Of a DNA stretch of 64,000 bases, positions 37,480-47,093 are shown one piece after another. The DNA comes from Clostridiales bacterium (lineage in GTDB: Bacteria; Bacillota; Clostridia; Christensenellales; CAG-138): positions 22,286-86,285 of the forward strand of contig CAKJYC010000049.1 in assembly GCA_918244965.1 (NCBI GenBank). Direction: 5' to 3'. Numbering within the stretch: position 1 is the stretch's first letter; every line of letters begins with the position of its first letter. The notes beneath the pieces were generated by a model that made no database searches, was not told where the DNA came from, and saw nothing but the letters and a program-made list of their open reading frames with translations. The position numbers and the translations under genes were made by a program.

Positions 37480-39102
37480 ATGCCGAAAATCGTATTGGAA
37501 AACATCACGAAGCGTTGGAAGAAATTCTACGCTGTCGAAAATCTGAACCTCGTCATTGAGGACAACGCGTTCGTCACGCTGCTCGGCCCGTCCGGCTGCG
37601 GCAAAACGACGACGCTCCGTATGATCGCGGGTCTGGAGACCCCGACCGAAGGCCGCATCACGATCGGCGACCGCGTCGTGTTCGACAGCGCGGCGGGCAT
37701 CAACATCCCCGCCAACAAGCGCAAGGTCGGCTTCCTGTTCCAGAACTATGCACTGTGGCCGAACATGACCGTATACGACAACATCGCGTTCGGTCTCAAG
37801 AACATCAACGAGCCGAAGGAGGTCTTCGATTACGACGCGAAGAACGCCGCGCATATGATCGAGATCCTCAAGAACCCGAAGGACGTCACGGACATCGTCA
37901 GCGACTGCGTGGACAAGAAGGGGACGCTCGATAAGAACAAGGCGTGCATCAAGCTGATCGACACGTTCACGATCTCGATGATGACCGCGAAAAAGCTGCT
38001 CGGCGTGAATGCCGGCAACGCGGAGAAGATGCGCGCCGAGCTCAAGCAGAAGCTGGACGCCATGATCGCAAAGCACAGGGAGAATGGCGAGACGCTCGAC
38101 GAGAACTACCGTGTGCTGCGGAACGGCAAGCCGGTCATCGTAAAGCGCAAACTGACGAAGGAAGAGGTCGACCTCGCCGTGCGCAGAGTGTCTCGCATCG
38201 TCAAGATCGGCATGTTCATGGACCGCTACCCTGCGGAGCTGTCCGGCGGCCAGCAGCAGCGTGTCGCGATCGCAAGAACGCTTGCGCCGGAGCCCAGCGT
38301 CCTGTTCATGGACGAGCCGCTCTCAAACCTCGACGCCAAGCTGCGTCTTGAGATGCGCTACGAGCTGCAGCGTCTGCACGTTGAGACCGGCAGCACCTTC
38401 GTCTACGTCACGCACGACCAGATGGAGGCCATGACGCTGGCGACCTCGATCTGCCTGATCAACAACGGCGTGCTGCAGCAGTACGACGCGCCGCTGACCG
38501 TCTACAACCGCCCGAACAACCTGTTCGTCGCGGACTTCGTCGGCAATCCGTCGATCAACTTCATCGACGCGCACGGCGATCAAAACCCGGACGGCAGCAT
38601 CACGCTGAAGCTGCTCGGCGACAATCACGTGACCTTCCGTCCCAACGAGCCGATTTCGATGGACGAATGGAACCGCGAGCGTGACGCCTCGATCGAGGCG
38701 GAGAACGAGCGCCGCGCCGAGCTTGCCAAGCAGAAGGGCTATGTGGAAAAGGGCAATAAGGACGAGGTATTCCGCTACAACATCGCGCGCGTCGAGGAGG
38801 AGGATACCTCCATCATGGATGAACCGGTCATCGTGAACGGCGATTACGTCGTCGGCGTGCGTCCGGAGTTCATCCGCCTTGCCGAAGAAGGCCTGTCCGG
38901 CGAGATCTACGGCGCCATGCCCACCGGTATGGAATCCACGCTGAAGATCCGCGTCGGCGAGTTCCTGCTCACCTCCGTCGTGTTCGGCGGCACGCTTTAC
39001 ACGATCGGCAGCGAGACGTACATCCGCTTCACCGGCGATTCCATCATGCTGTTCGACCGCAAGTCCGGCCGCTACATCACGTCCGGCTCCGTGGAGATCT
39101 GA
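37480..39102 (+). CDS. ABC importer ATP-binding protein with a ~114-aa insertion in the helical subdomain
   Basis: GPSGCGKTT, Q-loop FQNYALWP, then 172 aa from the Q-loop to LSGGQQQRVAIAR (58 aa in the paralog at 22036). LFMDEPLSNLDA, THDQ. C-terminal MalK-like domain. Confidence 0.88.
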   Translation: MPKIVLENITKRWKKFYAVENLNLVIEDNAFVTLLGPSGCGKTTTLRMIAGLETPTEGRITIGDRVVFDSAAGINIPANKRKVGFLFQNYALWPNMTVYDNIAFGLKNINEPKEVFDYDAKNAAHMIEILKNPKDVTDIVSDCVDKKGTLDKNKACIKLIDTFTISMMTAKKLLGVNAGNAEKMRAELKQKLDAMIAKHRENGETLDENYRVLRNGKPVIVKRKLTKEEVDLAVRRVSRIVKIGMFMDRYPAELSGGQQQRVAIARTLAPEPSVLFMDEPLSNLDAKLRLEMRYELQRLHVETGSTFVYVTHDQMEAMTLATSICLINNGVLQQYDAPLTVYNRPNNLFVADFVGNPSINFIDAHGDQNPDGSITLKLLGDNHVTFRPNEPISMDEWNRERDASIEAENERRAELAKQKGYVEKGNKDEVFRYNIARVEEEDTSIMDEPVIVNGDYVVGVRPEFIRLAEEGLSGEIYGAMPTGMESTLKIRVGEFLLTSVVFGGTLYTIGSETYIRFTGDSIMLFDRKSGRYITSGSVEI

Positions 39103-39119
39103 ATACTCGCGTAACAAAA

Positions 39120-39158
39120 GGACCGGCTGCAAATTGCAGTCGGTCCGATTCGTTTTTT
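39120..39158. terminator. Terminator hairpin between the convergent ABC and iol operons
   Basis: GACCGGCTGCA-AAT-TGCAGTCGGTC (one G-U pair), then CGATTCG-TTTTTT. Confidence 0.65.
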
Positions 39159-39161
39159 GGA

Positions 39162-41084
39162 TCAATACTTTCTTGCGTCCTTAACGTGGGCGAGGTGATC
39201 GCGGTAGGCGTCGAGATTCTTCGGATTTTCGGAAACCTCCGTGTCGCCGACGCGCCACCAGGAGCCGTAGCCCTCGGTCATGGATTTCGGCAGCACGCGG
39301 ATGTCAAACACGACCGGAACGCCCTCGATCTTCTTGGCTTCTTTAATCGCGGCCTTCATTTCGTCGACGGTACGGATCGTGAACGCCCTGCACCCGTAAC
39401 CCTCGGCGATCTTTGCAAAGTCGACCGACATAAAGTCGCCGGAATGCGCGCCGTCCGCGCCGCGGAAGCGCAGCTCGGTGCACAGCGTGTCGTTGCCGTG
39501 GCCGACCTGCAGGTTGTTGATGCAGCCGAACGAGGCGTTGTTGAACACGCAGACGTTGATCTTCTTGTGCTCCTGCACGGCGGTCAAAAGCTCGCTGTGC
39601 AGCATGACAAAGCTGCCGTCGCCGACCATCGCATACACGTCGCGATCGCCGATCGCGTACTTGACGCCCAAAGCGCCGGAGACCTCATAGCCCATGCACG
39701 AATAGCCGTATTCCATGTTGTAGGTGTCGACGCCGCGCGCGCACCACATGCGCTGCATGTCGCCCGGCAGCGAGCCGGAGGAGCCGATCGCAACGTCGTC
39801 TTTGTCGATCGTGAAGTTGATCGCGCCGAGTACGGCGGTCTGGGTGAGGTCCGCATGCAGATCCTTTGCGAAGCGGTCCGCGCTCTTTGCGTTCGCGTCG
39901 TTGACCTCGGGCACGTAGCCGGGGCCGTAGGCGGTGTGCATGAGCCGGTCAAGCTCTTTAAACCAGCGGTCGCGCGCGTCCGTTATCTCGGTCGTATACG
40001 GGGCCTTGTAGCCGCCGAGCGCCGCAAGCAGCACCGGCAGCGCGCGCTTTGCGTCCGCGATCACCGGGACGGCGTCCATCTTGTACGCCTGGAATTCGCT
40101 GACGTTGATGTTGACAAACCTTGCGTCTTCACGGAACAGCCACTTGGACGCGGTCGTGAAGTCCGTATAGCGCGTGCCGACGCCGATGACGACGTCCGCC
40201 TCCTTCGCGATCTCGTTTGCCGCCGAGCAGCCGGTCACGCCGATGCCGCCGAGGTTCAGCGGATGGTCGTAGGGGATCGCGCTCTTGCCGGCCTGCGTCT
40301 CGCCGAACGGGATGCCGGTCGCTTCCGCAAATGCCTTGAATTCGGCGTGCGCTTCGCTGTAGCGGACGCCGCCGCCGCAGATCAGAAGCGGGCGCTTCGC
40401 GGCCTTGATGACGGCCGCGGCCTCCTCGATCGCCTCCGCGTCGGGCTGCCGCCGCGCAAGACGGTGGACGCGCTTTTCAAAGAACGATTCGGGATAGTCA
40501 TACGCCTCGCCCTCGACGTCCTGCGGGATCGCAATGCAGACTGCGCCGGTGTTCGCCGGATCGGTCAGCACGCGGAAGGCGGAGATCATCGCGCTCATCA
40601 GCTGTTCGGGACGAACGATGCGGTCCCAGTAGCGGCAGACGGCGCGGAACGCGTCGTTGGTCGAGATCGACAGGTCGTGCGTTTGCTCGATCTGCTGCAG
40701 CACCGGGTCGGGCTGACGGCAGGCGTAGACGTCGCCGGGCAGGATCAGCACGGGGATGTTGTTCGCAGTCGCGGTCGCGGCGGCGGTCACCATGTTGGCG
40801 GCGCCGGGGCCGACCGACGAGGTCACGGCAAAGATCTTTTTGCGCTTCATCTGCTTTGCGAACGCGACGGCGGTGTGCGCCATGCCCTGCTCGTTCTTGC
40901 CCATAAAGACCTTGAGCCGGCGCGTTTCCTGACGGAGCGCCTGGCCGAGACCGACCACGTTGCCGTGGCCCGGCAGCATGATCACGCCCTCGACGAACGG
41001 ATGCTCCTGCCCGTCGTAGGAAATGTACTGGTTTTCGAGAAAGCGCACCAATGCCTGCGCCATCGTCAAACGGATCGTTTTCAT
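39162..41084 (-). CDS. iolD: 3D-(3,5/4)-trihydroxycyclohexane-1,2-dione acylhydrolase (TPP-dependent)
   Basis: 640 aa. [20 protein letters not shown]...[11 protein letters not shown]..., TPP-enzyme architecture. Size and N-terminus are typical of IolD. Adjacent to iolB and iolE. Confidence 0.88.
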   Translation of the reverse strand: MKTIRLTMAQALVRFLENQYISYDGQEHPFVEGVIMLPGHGNVVGLGQALRQETRRLKVFMGKNEQGMAHTAVAFAKQMKRKKIFAVTSSVGPGAANMVTAAATATANNIPVLILPGDVYACRQPDPVLQQIEQTHDLSISTNDAFRAVCRYWDRIVRPEQLMSAMISAFRVLTDPANTGAVCIAIPQDVEGEAYDYPESFFEKRVHRLARRQPDAEAIEEAAAVIKAAKRPLLICGGGVRYSEAHAEFKAFAEATGIPFGETQAGKSAIPYDHPLNLGGIGVTGCSAANEIAKEADVVIGVGTRYTDFTTASKWLFREDARFVNINVSEFQAYKMDAVPVIADAKRALPVLLAALGGYKAPYTTEITDARDRWFKELDRLMHTAYGPGYVPEVNDANAKSADRFAKDLHADLTQTAVLGAINFTIDKDDVAIGSSGSLPGDMQRMWCARGVDTYNMEYGYSCMGYEVSGALGVKYAIGDRDVYAMVGDGSFVMLHSELLTAVQEHKKINVCVFNNASFGCINNLQVGHGNDTLCTELRFRGADGAHSGDFMSVDFAKIAEGYGCRAFTIRTVDEMKAAIKEAKKIEGVPVVFDIRVLPKSMTEGYGSWWRVGDTEVSENPKNLDAYRDHLAHVKDARKY

Positions 41085-41096
41085 CTTGTCCTCCTG

Positions 41097-41888
41097 TCAA
41101 CCCTTGAAGATATGCTCGTTTGCGTCGGGCTTCCACAGCCACGCGTGCTCCGGATCGTCGATGCGCGTCTTTTTCCACGGATCGCCGTCCAGGTGCCGGA
41201 TGCCCCACGCGTAGCACATGGCGTAGCCGGGCGCGGCGACCTGCGAATGGAAGCCGTGATTGATGACCGCAAGCCCGTTGTGTCCGGTTTTGAAGATCTC
41301 ACCGTTGCTGAACCCCGCGCCGAAGCCGTTCGGATAGTCGAACCGGTAGAAATAGACCTCCGGCTGCGGATGGTGGTGCGGCGGATAGCTCGACCAGCGG
41401 CCGGGGAAGTTCAGCACCTCGCCCAGCACCATGTTCGAGAACGGCGCGTTGTCATAGTCGAAGAACGTCTTGATCTCGCGGCGCATGCAGCCCATCAGCT
41501 CGCCGTTCGCGCCCGCGTGCTGCACCTGCACCGTGTCCGGCGTGTACAGCACCGGTTCGTAGTCGCGCTCGTTTGCCGTCTGCTGGATGAACAGCTCGGC
41601 GTGCCCGTGCGCTTCGACCGTGATGCGGACCCTGCGCGGACAGAGCAGGCAGTACGCCTCGTGATAAAAGCAGTCGGGACGGCTCGCTTCGACGGCCTTG
41701 TCCGCAAAGCGCAGCGTGACCGCGCCCTCGAACAGCAGCACGGCCGTTTCCTTGTCCGGCTCCTCGATCGTATAGACGTCGCCTTCCTCCATGACGAGCA
41801 GGCCCACGTCCATCTGCGTGCCGAGATCGTCGACCTTCGCGTCGATATACGCGTTGTAGCCGCGATGCAGCTCCTTTTCAAAATACAT
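41097..41888 (-). CDS. iolB: 5-deoxy-glucuronate isomerase
   Basis: 263 aa cupin. GRWSSYPPHHH..., ...HLDGDPW...DPEHAWL, as in IolB/KduI-like proteins. Confidence 0.85.
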   Translation of the reverse strand: MYFEKELHRGYNAYIDAKVDDLGTQMDVGLLVMEEGDVYTIEEPDKETAVLLFEGAVTLRFADKAVEASRPDCFYHEAYCLLCPRRVRITVEAHGHAELFIQQTANERDYEPVLYTPDTVQVQHAGANGELMGCMRREIKTFFDYDNAPFSNMVLGEVLNFPGRWSSYPPHHHPQPEVYFYRFDYPNGFGAGFSNGEIFKTGHNGLAVINHGFHSQVAAPGYAMCYAWGIRHLDGDPWKKTRIDDPEHAWLWKPDANEHIFKG

Positions 41889-41897
41889 AGCCGCGCC

Positions 41898-42806
41898 TCA
41901 CAGTCCCGTATGCTCCGCAATGTAGCGGCGGCCCTTGATCGCGTATTCGAGCGGATTCGCCTTGGCGGGGTCCTGCTCGGCCTCGACCAGCAGCCAGCCC
42001 TCGTAATGCGCGTCGGAAAGGACCTTGAACACCGGATCGAAATCCACGTCGCCGTCGCCCGGCACGGTGAACGCGCCGTTGCGCACAGCGGTCAGAAAGC
42101 TCCAGTTGTTTTGACGCGCCTGCTCGACGACCGGCAGCCGCATATCCTTCAGATGCACATGGCCGACGCGGTCGACGTATTTTTTGAGCATGGCCAGCGG
42201 ATCCTCGCCCGCAAAGGTGAAGTGGCCGGTGTCGTAGCACAGAAAGACGTAGCGCGGATCGGTGTTCGCCATCATGCGGTCGGTTTCCTCGGCGGTCTGC
42301 ACGACGGTGCCCATGTGGTGATGGAAGCACAGCTTGAAGCCGCGCTCATAAGCGACCTTGCCGAGCGCGTCGAGCCCCTTGCACAGGCGGTCCCAGCCGT
42401 CGTCGTTCAGCACGGGCTTTTTGCCGCCGGTCAGGATCGGCGTCTCGGTCTGGCCCTGGATCGACCAGCTCTGCTCGGAGACGTTGATGCGGTTTGCGCC
42501 GACGGCTTCGAGAAAGTCCAGCTCACGGGTAAAGTCCGCGATGTTCTCTTCGAGGGGCTTTGTGAGCAGGAAGGAGGAGAACCAGCGGCTTGCAATGCGC
42601 ATGCCGCGAAGATCCAGCTCCCACTTGAGTTCCTTCGGGTCCTTCGGGTACTTGTTGCCGATCTCGCAGCCGGTGAAGCCCGCAAGCGCCATCTCGCTGA
42701 CGGTCTGGCGGAACGTGTTCTCTGCGCCGAGCTCCGGCATATCGTCGTTGCACCAGCCGATCGGCGCGATGCCGAGGTGCACCTTTTCTTTGTCAAACAG
42801 CGCCAT
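41898..42806 (-). CDS. iolE: myo-inosose-2 dehydratase
   Basis: IAPIGWCNDDMPELG, HHHMGTVVQTAEETDRMMANTDP, FTVPGDGDVDF, VEAEQDPAKANPLEYA match B. subtilis IolE motifs from memory. Confidence 0.9.
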   Translation of the reverse strand: MALFDKEKVHLGIAPIGWCNDDMPELGAENTFRQTVSEMALAGFTGCEIGNKYPKDPKELKWELDLRGMRIASRWFSSFLLTKPLEENIADFTRELDFLEAVGANRINVSEQSWSIQGQTETPILTGGKKPVLNDDGWDRLCKGLDALGKVAYERGFKLCFHHHMGTVVQTAEETDRMMANTDPRYVFLCYDTGHFTFAGEDPLAMLKKYVDRVGHVHLKDMRLPVVEQARQNNWSFLTAVRNGAFTVPGDGDVDFDPVFKVLSDAHYEGWLLVEAEQDPAKANPLEYAIKGRRYIAEHTGL

Positions 42807-42818
42807 GGGATACTCCTT

Positions 42819-43991
42819 TCAGATGCGGGCGACGCCGCTCTTTCTTGCCGCTTCGGCAACTGCCGCCGCGACCGCCGGGCCGACGCGCTTATCAAACGCC
42901 TTCGGAATGATGTAGTCTGCGGAAAGCTCGTCGTCGGAGATCAGGTCGGCCAGCGCCTTTGCCGCCGCCATCTTCATTTCCTCGTTGATGTCGCTTGCGC
43001 GCACGTCAAACGTGCCGCGGAAGATGCCGGGGAACGCAAGGACGTTGTTGATCTGGTTCGGGTAATCGCTGCGGCCCGTCGCAATGACCTTTGCGCCGCC
43101 GGCTCTTGCGTCGTCCGGGAAGATCTCGGGCGTCGGGTTCGCGCAGGCAAAGATGATCGCGTCGCGGTTCATGGTCTTTACCATCTCGGTCGTGACCGTG
43201 CCGGGCGCCGAAACGCCGATGAACACGTCCGCGCCGACCAGCTGATCGGCAAGGGAACCGGGCTTGCGTTCGAGGTTCGTGACCTCGGCCATCTCCTCCT
43301 TGATCCAGTTCAGACCGTCGCGGCCCTTGTAGATCGCACCCTTGCGGTCGCACATCGTGATGTGACGGAAGCCTGCGGAAAGCAGCAGCTTCACGATCGA
43401 CACCGCCGCCGCGCCTGCGCCGGAGGTGACAACACGGACGTCCTCCTTTTTCTTGCCGACGACCTTCAAAGCGTTCGTGAGCCCCGCCAGCGTGATGACC
43501 GCGGTGCCGTGCTGATCGTCGTGGAAGATCGGGATGTCGCACTTTTCCTTCAGCTTGCGCTCGATCTCAAAGCAGCGCGGCGCGGAGATGTCCTCCAGAT
43601 TGATGCCGCCGAACGAGCCGGACAGCAGATACACCGCGTTGACGAACTCATCGACGTCGTGCGTCTTGATGCACAGCGGGAACGCGTCGACGTTGCCGAA
43701 CGACTTGAACAGCACGCACTTGCCCTCCATGACCGGCATGCCCGCTTCGGGGCCGATGTCGCCGAGGCCGAGCACCGCGCTGCCGTCGGTGATGACCGCG
43801 CAGAGGTTGTGACGGCGGGTCAGCTCGTAGCTCTTGTTGATGTCCTTCTGGATCTCAAGGCACGGCTGCGCGACGCCGGGAGTGTACGCAAGGCTCAGAT
43901 CGTCCTTGGTCGCGACGGGAACCGTTGCGATGACTTCGATTTTGCCCTTCCATTCTCCGTGAAGACGGAGCGATTCTTCCGCATAATTCAT
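42819..43991 (-). CDS. NAD(P)-dependent malic enzyme (short form, no PTA domain)
   Basis: 390 aa. LSLAYTPGVA, TDGSAVLGLGDIGPEAGMPVMEGK, FGGINLEDI, HDDQHGTA, GAGAAA. Confidence 0.9.
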   Translation of the reverse strand: MNYAEESLRLHGEWKGKIEVIATVPVATKDDLSLAYTPGVAQPCLEIQKDINKSYELTRRHNLCAVITDGSAVLGLGDIGPEAGMPVMEGKCVLFKSFGNVDAFPLCIKTHDVDEFVNAVYLLSGSFGGINLEDISAPRCFEIERKLKEKCDIPIFHDDQHGTAVITLAGLTNALKVVGKKKEDVRVVTSGAGAAAVSIVKLLLSAGFRHITMCDRKGAIYKGRDGLNWIKEEMAEVTNLERKPGSLADQLVGADVFIGVSAPGTVTTEMVKTMNRDAIIFACANPTPEIFPDDARAGGAKVIATGRSDYPNQINNVLAFPGIFRGTFDVRASDINEEMKMAAAKALADLISDDELSADYIIPKAFDKRVGPAVAAAVAEAARKSGVARI

Positions 43992-44021
43992 GATCGATTC
44001 TCCTTCAATGGTTTGATTTCT

Positions 44022-45272
44022 TTATGAAACGACGGTCGGCAGCGTCGAGCCGCCGTACGGCATCGCCAGCACCGTCGCGTTCGGTCCCAGTTTCAAAAAT
44101 GCGTGATCCAGCGCTTCCTGCGCGGTCTTATACGGTACAAGAAAGATCGACCGCACAAAGTCGTCGTCCAGCTCGGACACAAGATCGACCTCGGCCCGTT
44201 CCAGCACCATCGCGATCGCCGCGGCCTTGTGCCCGCCGAGACGGAATTCACGGCCGATGCGCTCGATCAGGCTGTGCGCCGAGGGCGCTTCGGTCATCCA
44301 TTGCTCGAACGTTTTTTCGCCGAGACCCTCACGGCACGAGCCGATCAGGATGATGACGCCGCCGTCGCGCACCGCGTGCTTTGCGTTGTCCAGCGCCTTC
44401 TGCGTTTGATAGAGGTTCAGGTCCTTCGGCGCGCCGCCCTGCGAAACCAGCACGATATCGGCGGGCGCAGAGAGTTCCTTGCGGTACAGCGTGTCGAGGA
44501 AGCTGCAGCCCTCGCGGTGCGCCAGTACGGCGTCGCCCGCGACGGCTTTCAGGATCTCCTTATGCTCGGAAAGCACGACGTTTACGATGAAGTCGATCCC
44601 GACCATCGCGCCGGCCTCCTCGATATCCATGCGCAGCGGGTTCGTATCGAGCGCGCCGGCCTTCGCCTCGGGCAGTACCATGCGGCTGTGGTTGGCCTGG
44701 ATCGCCGCGCGCGTGGACACGCCGGGCATGATCGCCTTTGCGCCGCCGGAATAGCCCGCAAAGTAGTGGTACTCGATGTTGCCGAGACAGATCCTGCGAT
44801 CGGCCTCCGCCACGACGCGCGTGATGTCCACGGGCGTCCCGCGCGAGGTCACGCCGTAGGAAACGCAGTCAAGGGGATCGCTGTCGACGCAGCGGATCTC
44901 GGCCCACGCGCGTTCGCCCGCAAGCCGACGCTTTTCCTCGTCGGTCTGACGCCTGTGGCTGCCGAGCGCGAACACCAGCGTGATATCCTTCGGATCCACG
45001 CCGCCCGCGTACAGCTCGTCCAGAAGGGCGGGCATGACCTTTGCGGTCGGCATCGGACGAGTGACGTCGCTCGTGACGATCGCCACCGTTTCGCCCGGAT
45101 GCACGATGTCGCGAAGCAGCGGGGTGCCGATGGGCGCCGAAAGCGCGCGTCTGACCTCCGCCTCGCCCGTAAGGCCCACCGGGACCTCGTTCGCGTGCAG
45201 CTCGCCGATCAGGTTCTGTTCCGGCACCTCGACCTCCTGAACGCCTGTGCCGAATCCGAAACGCAGCTTCAT
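44022..45272 (-). CDS. LarA-family nickel-pincer-dependent 2-hydroxyacid racemase/epimerase homolog
   Basis: 416 aa, DUF2088/LarA-like. ...IVTSDVTRP..., ALGSHR, HYFAGYSGGAKAIMPG (Lys at the position that tethers the NPN cofactor in LarA, from memory), LYQ..KAL. Confidence 0.8.
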   Translation of the reverse strand: MKLRFGFGTGVQEVEVPEQNLIGELHANEVPVGLTGEAEVRRALSAPIGTPLLRDIVHPGETVAIVTSDVTRPMPTAKVMPALLDELYAGGVDPKDITLVFALGSHRRQTDEEKRRLAGERAWAEIRCVDSDPLDCVSYGVTSRGTPVDITRVVAEADRRICLGNIEYHYFAGYSGGAKAIMPGVSTRAAIQANHSRMVLPEAKAGALDTNPLRMDIEEAGAMVGIDFIVNVVLSEHKEILKAVAGDAVLAHREGCSFLDTLYRKELSAPADIVLVSQGGAPKDLNLYQTQKALDNAKHAVRDGGVIILIGSCREGLGEKTFEQWMTEAPSAHSLIERIGREFRLGGHKAAAIAMVLERAEVDLVSELDDDFVRSIFLVPYKTAQEALDHAFLKLGPNATVLAMPYGGSTLPTVVS

Positions 45273-45275
45273 GGC

Positions 45276-46238
45276 TTACTTTCTCTTGAGCACGGCCTTC
45301 GCCTGCTGCTCGATGTGCGCGGCGGTCAGACCGAAGCGCTCCATCAGATAGCTCTGCGTGCCGACCTCGCCGAACTCGTCCTCGACCGCGACGCACGCGG
45401 CGGGGACGGGGCAGCGCTCCGCAAGCACTTCGAGAATGTTGTTGTACAGGCCGCCGTGACGGTTCGCGTTCTCGGCGACGACGACCGCGCCGCATTTTTT
45501 CGCAAACGCTTCAACGGCGTCCGCGTCGATCGGCTTGATCGTGAAGCAGTCCACGACCGCGGCGGAGATCCCCTGCGCTTCGAGGGACGCGGCCGCCTTC
45601 ATGGCCTCGTGCAGCATCAGACCTGCGGCGAAGATCACGACGTCGCTGCCGTCGCGGAGCGTGATCGCCTTGCCGATCGGAAGCTCGCTGCCGTCCGCAT
45701 AGACGCGGGCGAGCTGCTTTCTGCCGACGCGGATATACTTGACGCCGGGGCGGTTCTGACACTGGCGCAAAACGCTTGCAAGGCACGCCGGGTCGGACGC
45801 GTCGATGACGGTCGCGCCGGGCAGCGCGTTGTAGAGCGCCACATCCTCAAACGGCATGTGCGTGCCGCCGTTCATCGTGGCGGTAACGCCGGGGTCGGTG
45901 CCGATCACGGTCATGTCGTTCTTTGCATAGCCGCCGGACAGAAAGACCTGATCGTAGCAGCGGCGGGAGGCAAACGTGCCGAAGCTGTGGATGATCGGCT
46001 TGAAGCCTGCGACCGCGAGACCGGCCGCCACGCCCGCCATGTTCGACTCGGCGATGCCGCAGTCGATCGCGCGTTCGGGATTCGCCTTCGCCCACTTCAG
46101 CGTGCCGGAGCAGCTCATCAGGTCGGCGTCGAGGAAGATCGCGTTCGGGTCGTGATCCACGATGTCGGCGACCGTCGCGCCGATGACGTCCTTGCACAGA
46201 CGGGGATCCAGTTCCCCGTTATAAACGATGTTCAACAT
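45276..46238 (-). CDS. Transketolase, C-terminal (pyrimidine-binding) subunit
   Basis: 320 aa. ...AIDCGIAESNMAGVAAGLA..., ...THMPFEDVAL.... 3-nt gap from the N-terminal subunit gene. Confidence 0.9.
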   Translation of the reverse strand: MLNIVYNGELDPRLCKDVIGATVADIVDHDPNAIFLDADLMSCSGTLKWAKANPERAIDCGIAESNMAGVAAGLAVAGFKPIIHSFGTFASRRCYDQVFLSGGYAKNDMTVIGTDPGVTATMNGGTHMPFEDVALYNALPGATVIDASDPACLASVLRQCQNRPGVKYIRVGRKQLARVYADGSELPIGKAITLRDGSDVVIFAAGLMLHEAMKAAASLEAQGISAAVVDCFTIKPIDADAVEAFAKKCGAVVVAENANRHGGLYNNILEVLAERCPVPAACVAVEDEFGEVGTQSYLMERFGLTAAHIEQQAKAVLKRK

Positions 46239-46241
46239 TGC

Positions 46242-47084
46242 TCAGCCCTCCAATGCATCCAATTCCGCTTTCAGCTGCGCGGTCCAGCGCTCGAAGCGCT
46301 CGTCGTTTACCGGCATGCTGTGGTTCATCGCGGTGTTTTCGACCTCCGCGATGCCGTGGCCCTTCACGGTGTCCAGCACGATCGCGTAGGGCTTGTCGCC
46401 GCCTGCACGCGTGCGTTCGAGGGCGGCCGCGATCGCTTCAACGTCGCCGCCGTCGACCTTGACCGTGTCGAAACCGAACGCTTCCATCTTCGCGACGAAA
46501 TCGCCCATCGGCAGGACCTCGTCGAGATACCCGTCGAGCTGGCGCTTGTTCCAGTCGATCAGAACGACCAGATTTCCGAGCTTCTTCGCGCTTGCGAACA
46601 TGAAGGACTCCCAGCACTGGCCCTCGTTCGATTCGCCGTCGCCGACGATCAGAAAGACGCGGTTTTTGCGGCCCTTGATGCGATTGCCGAGCGCAAGCCC
46701 CGCCGCCTGCGAGGTGCCCTGTCCCAGCGAGCCGGTCGTCACGTCGACGCCGGGCGTCTTGGTGCGGTCGCAGTGGCTCGGAAGCCGCGTGCCGCCGCGG
46801 TTCAGGGTCTTGAGTTCCTCATACGGGAAGAACCCCTTGAGCGCGAGCGTGGCGTACACCGCCGGGCCCGCATGCCCCTTCGAGACCACGAGACAGTCGC
46901 GATCCGGCCATTTCGGGTCCTCCGGGCGGACGTTCATTTCGCGGCCGTACAGGACCGCCATCGTGTCGGCAATGCTCATCACGCCGCCGACGTGGCCCGA
47001 ACCGATCGAGTGGATCGCTTCAAGCGCGGCCATGCGGATGCGCGTCGCAAACGCCTGCAGTTGTTTTTTTTCCTGGATATCCAT
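46242..47084 (-). CDS. Transketolase, N-terminal (TPP-binding) subunit
   Basis: 280 aa. GSGHVGGVMS, SKGHAGPA, GSLGQG, GDGESNEGQ. Confidence 0.9.
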   Translation of the reverse strand: MDIQEKKQLQAFATRIRMAALEAIHSIGSGHVGGVMSIADTMAVLYGREMNVRPEDPKWPDRDCLVVSKGHAGPAVYATLALKGFFPYEELKTLNRGGTRLPSHCDRTKTPGVDVTTGSLGQGTSQAAGLALGNRIKGRKNRVFLIVGDGESNEGQCWESFMFASAKKLGNLVVLIDWNKRQLDGYLDEVLPMGDFVAKMEAFGFDTVKVDGGDVEAIAAALERTRAGGDKPYAIVLDTVKGHGIAEVENTAMNHSMPVNDERFERWTAQLKAELDALEG

Positions 47085-47093
47085 AGCTCCTCC

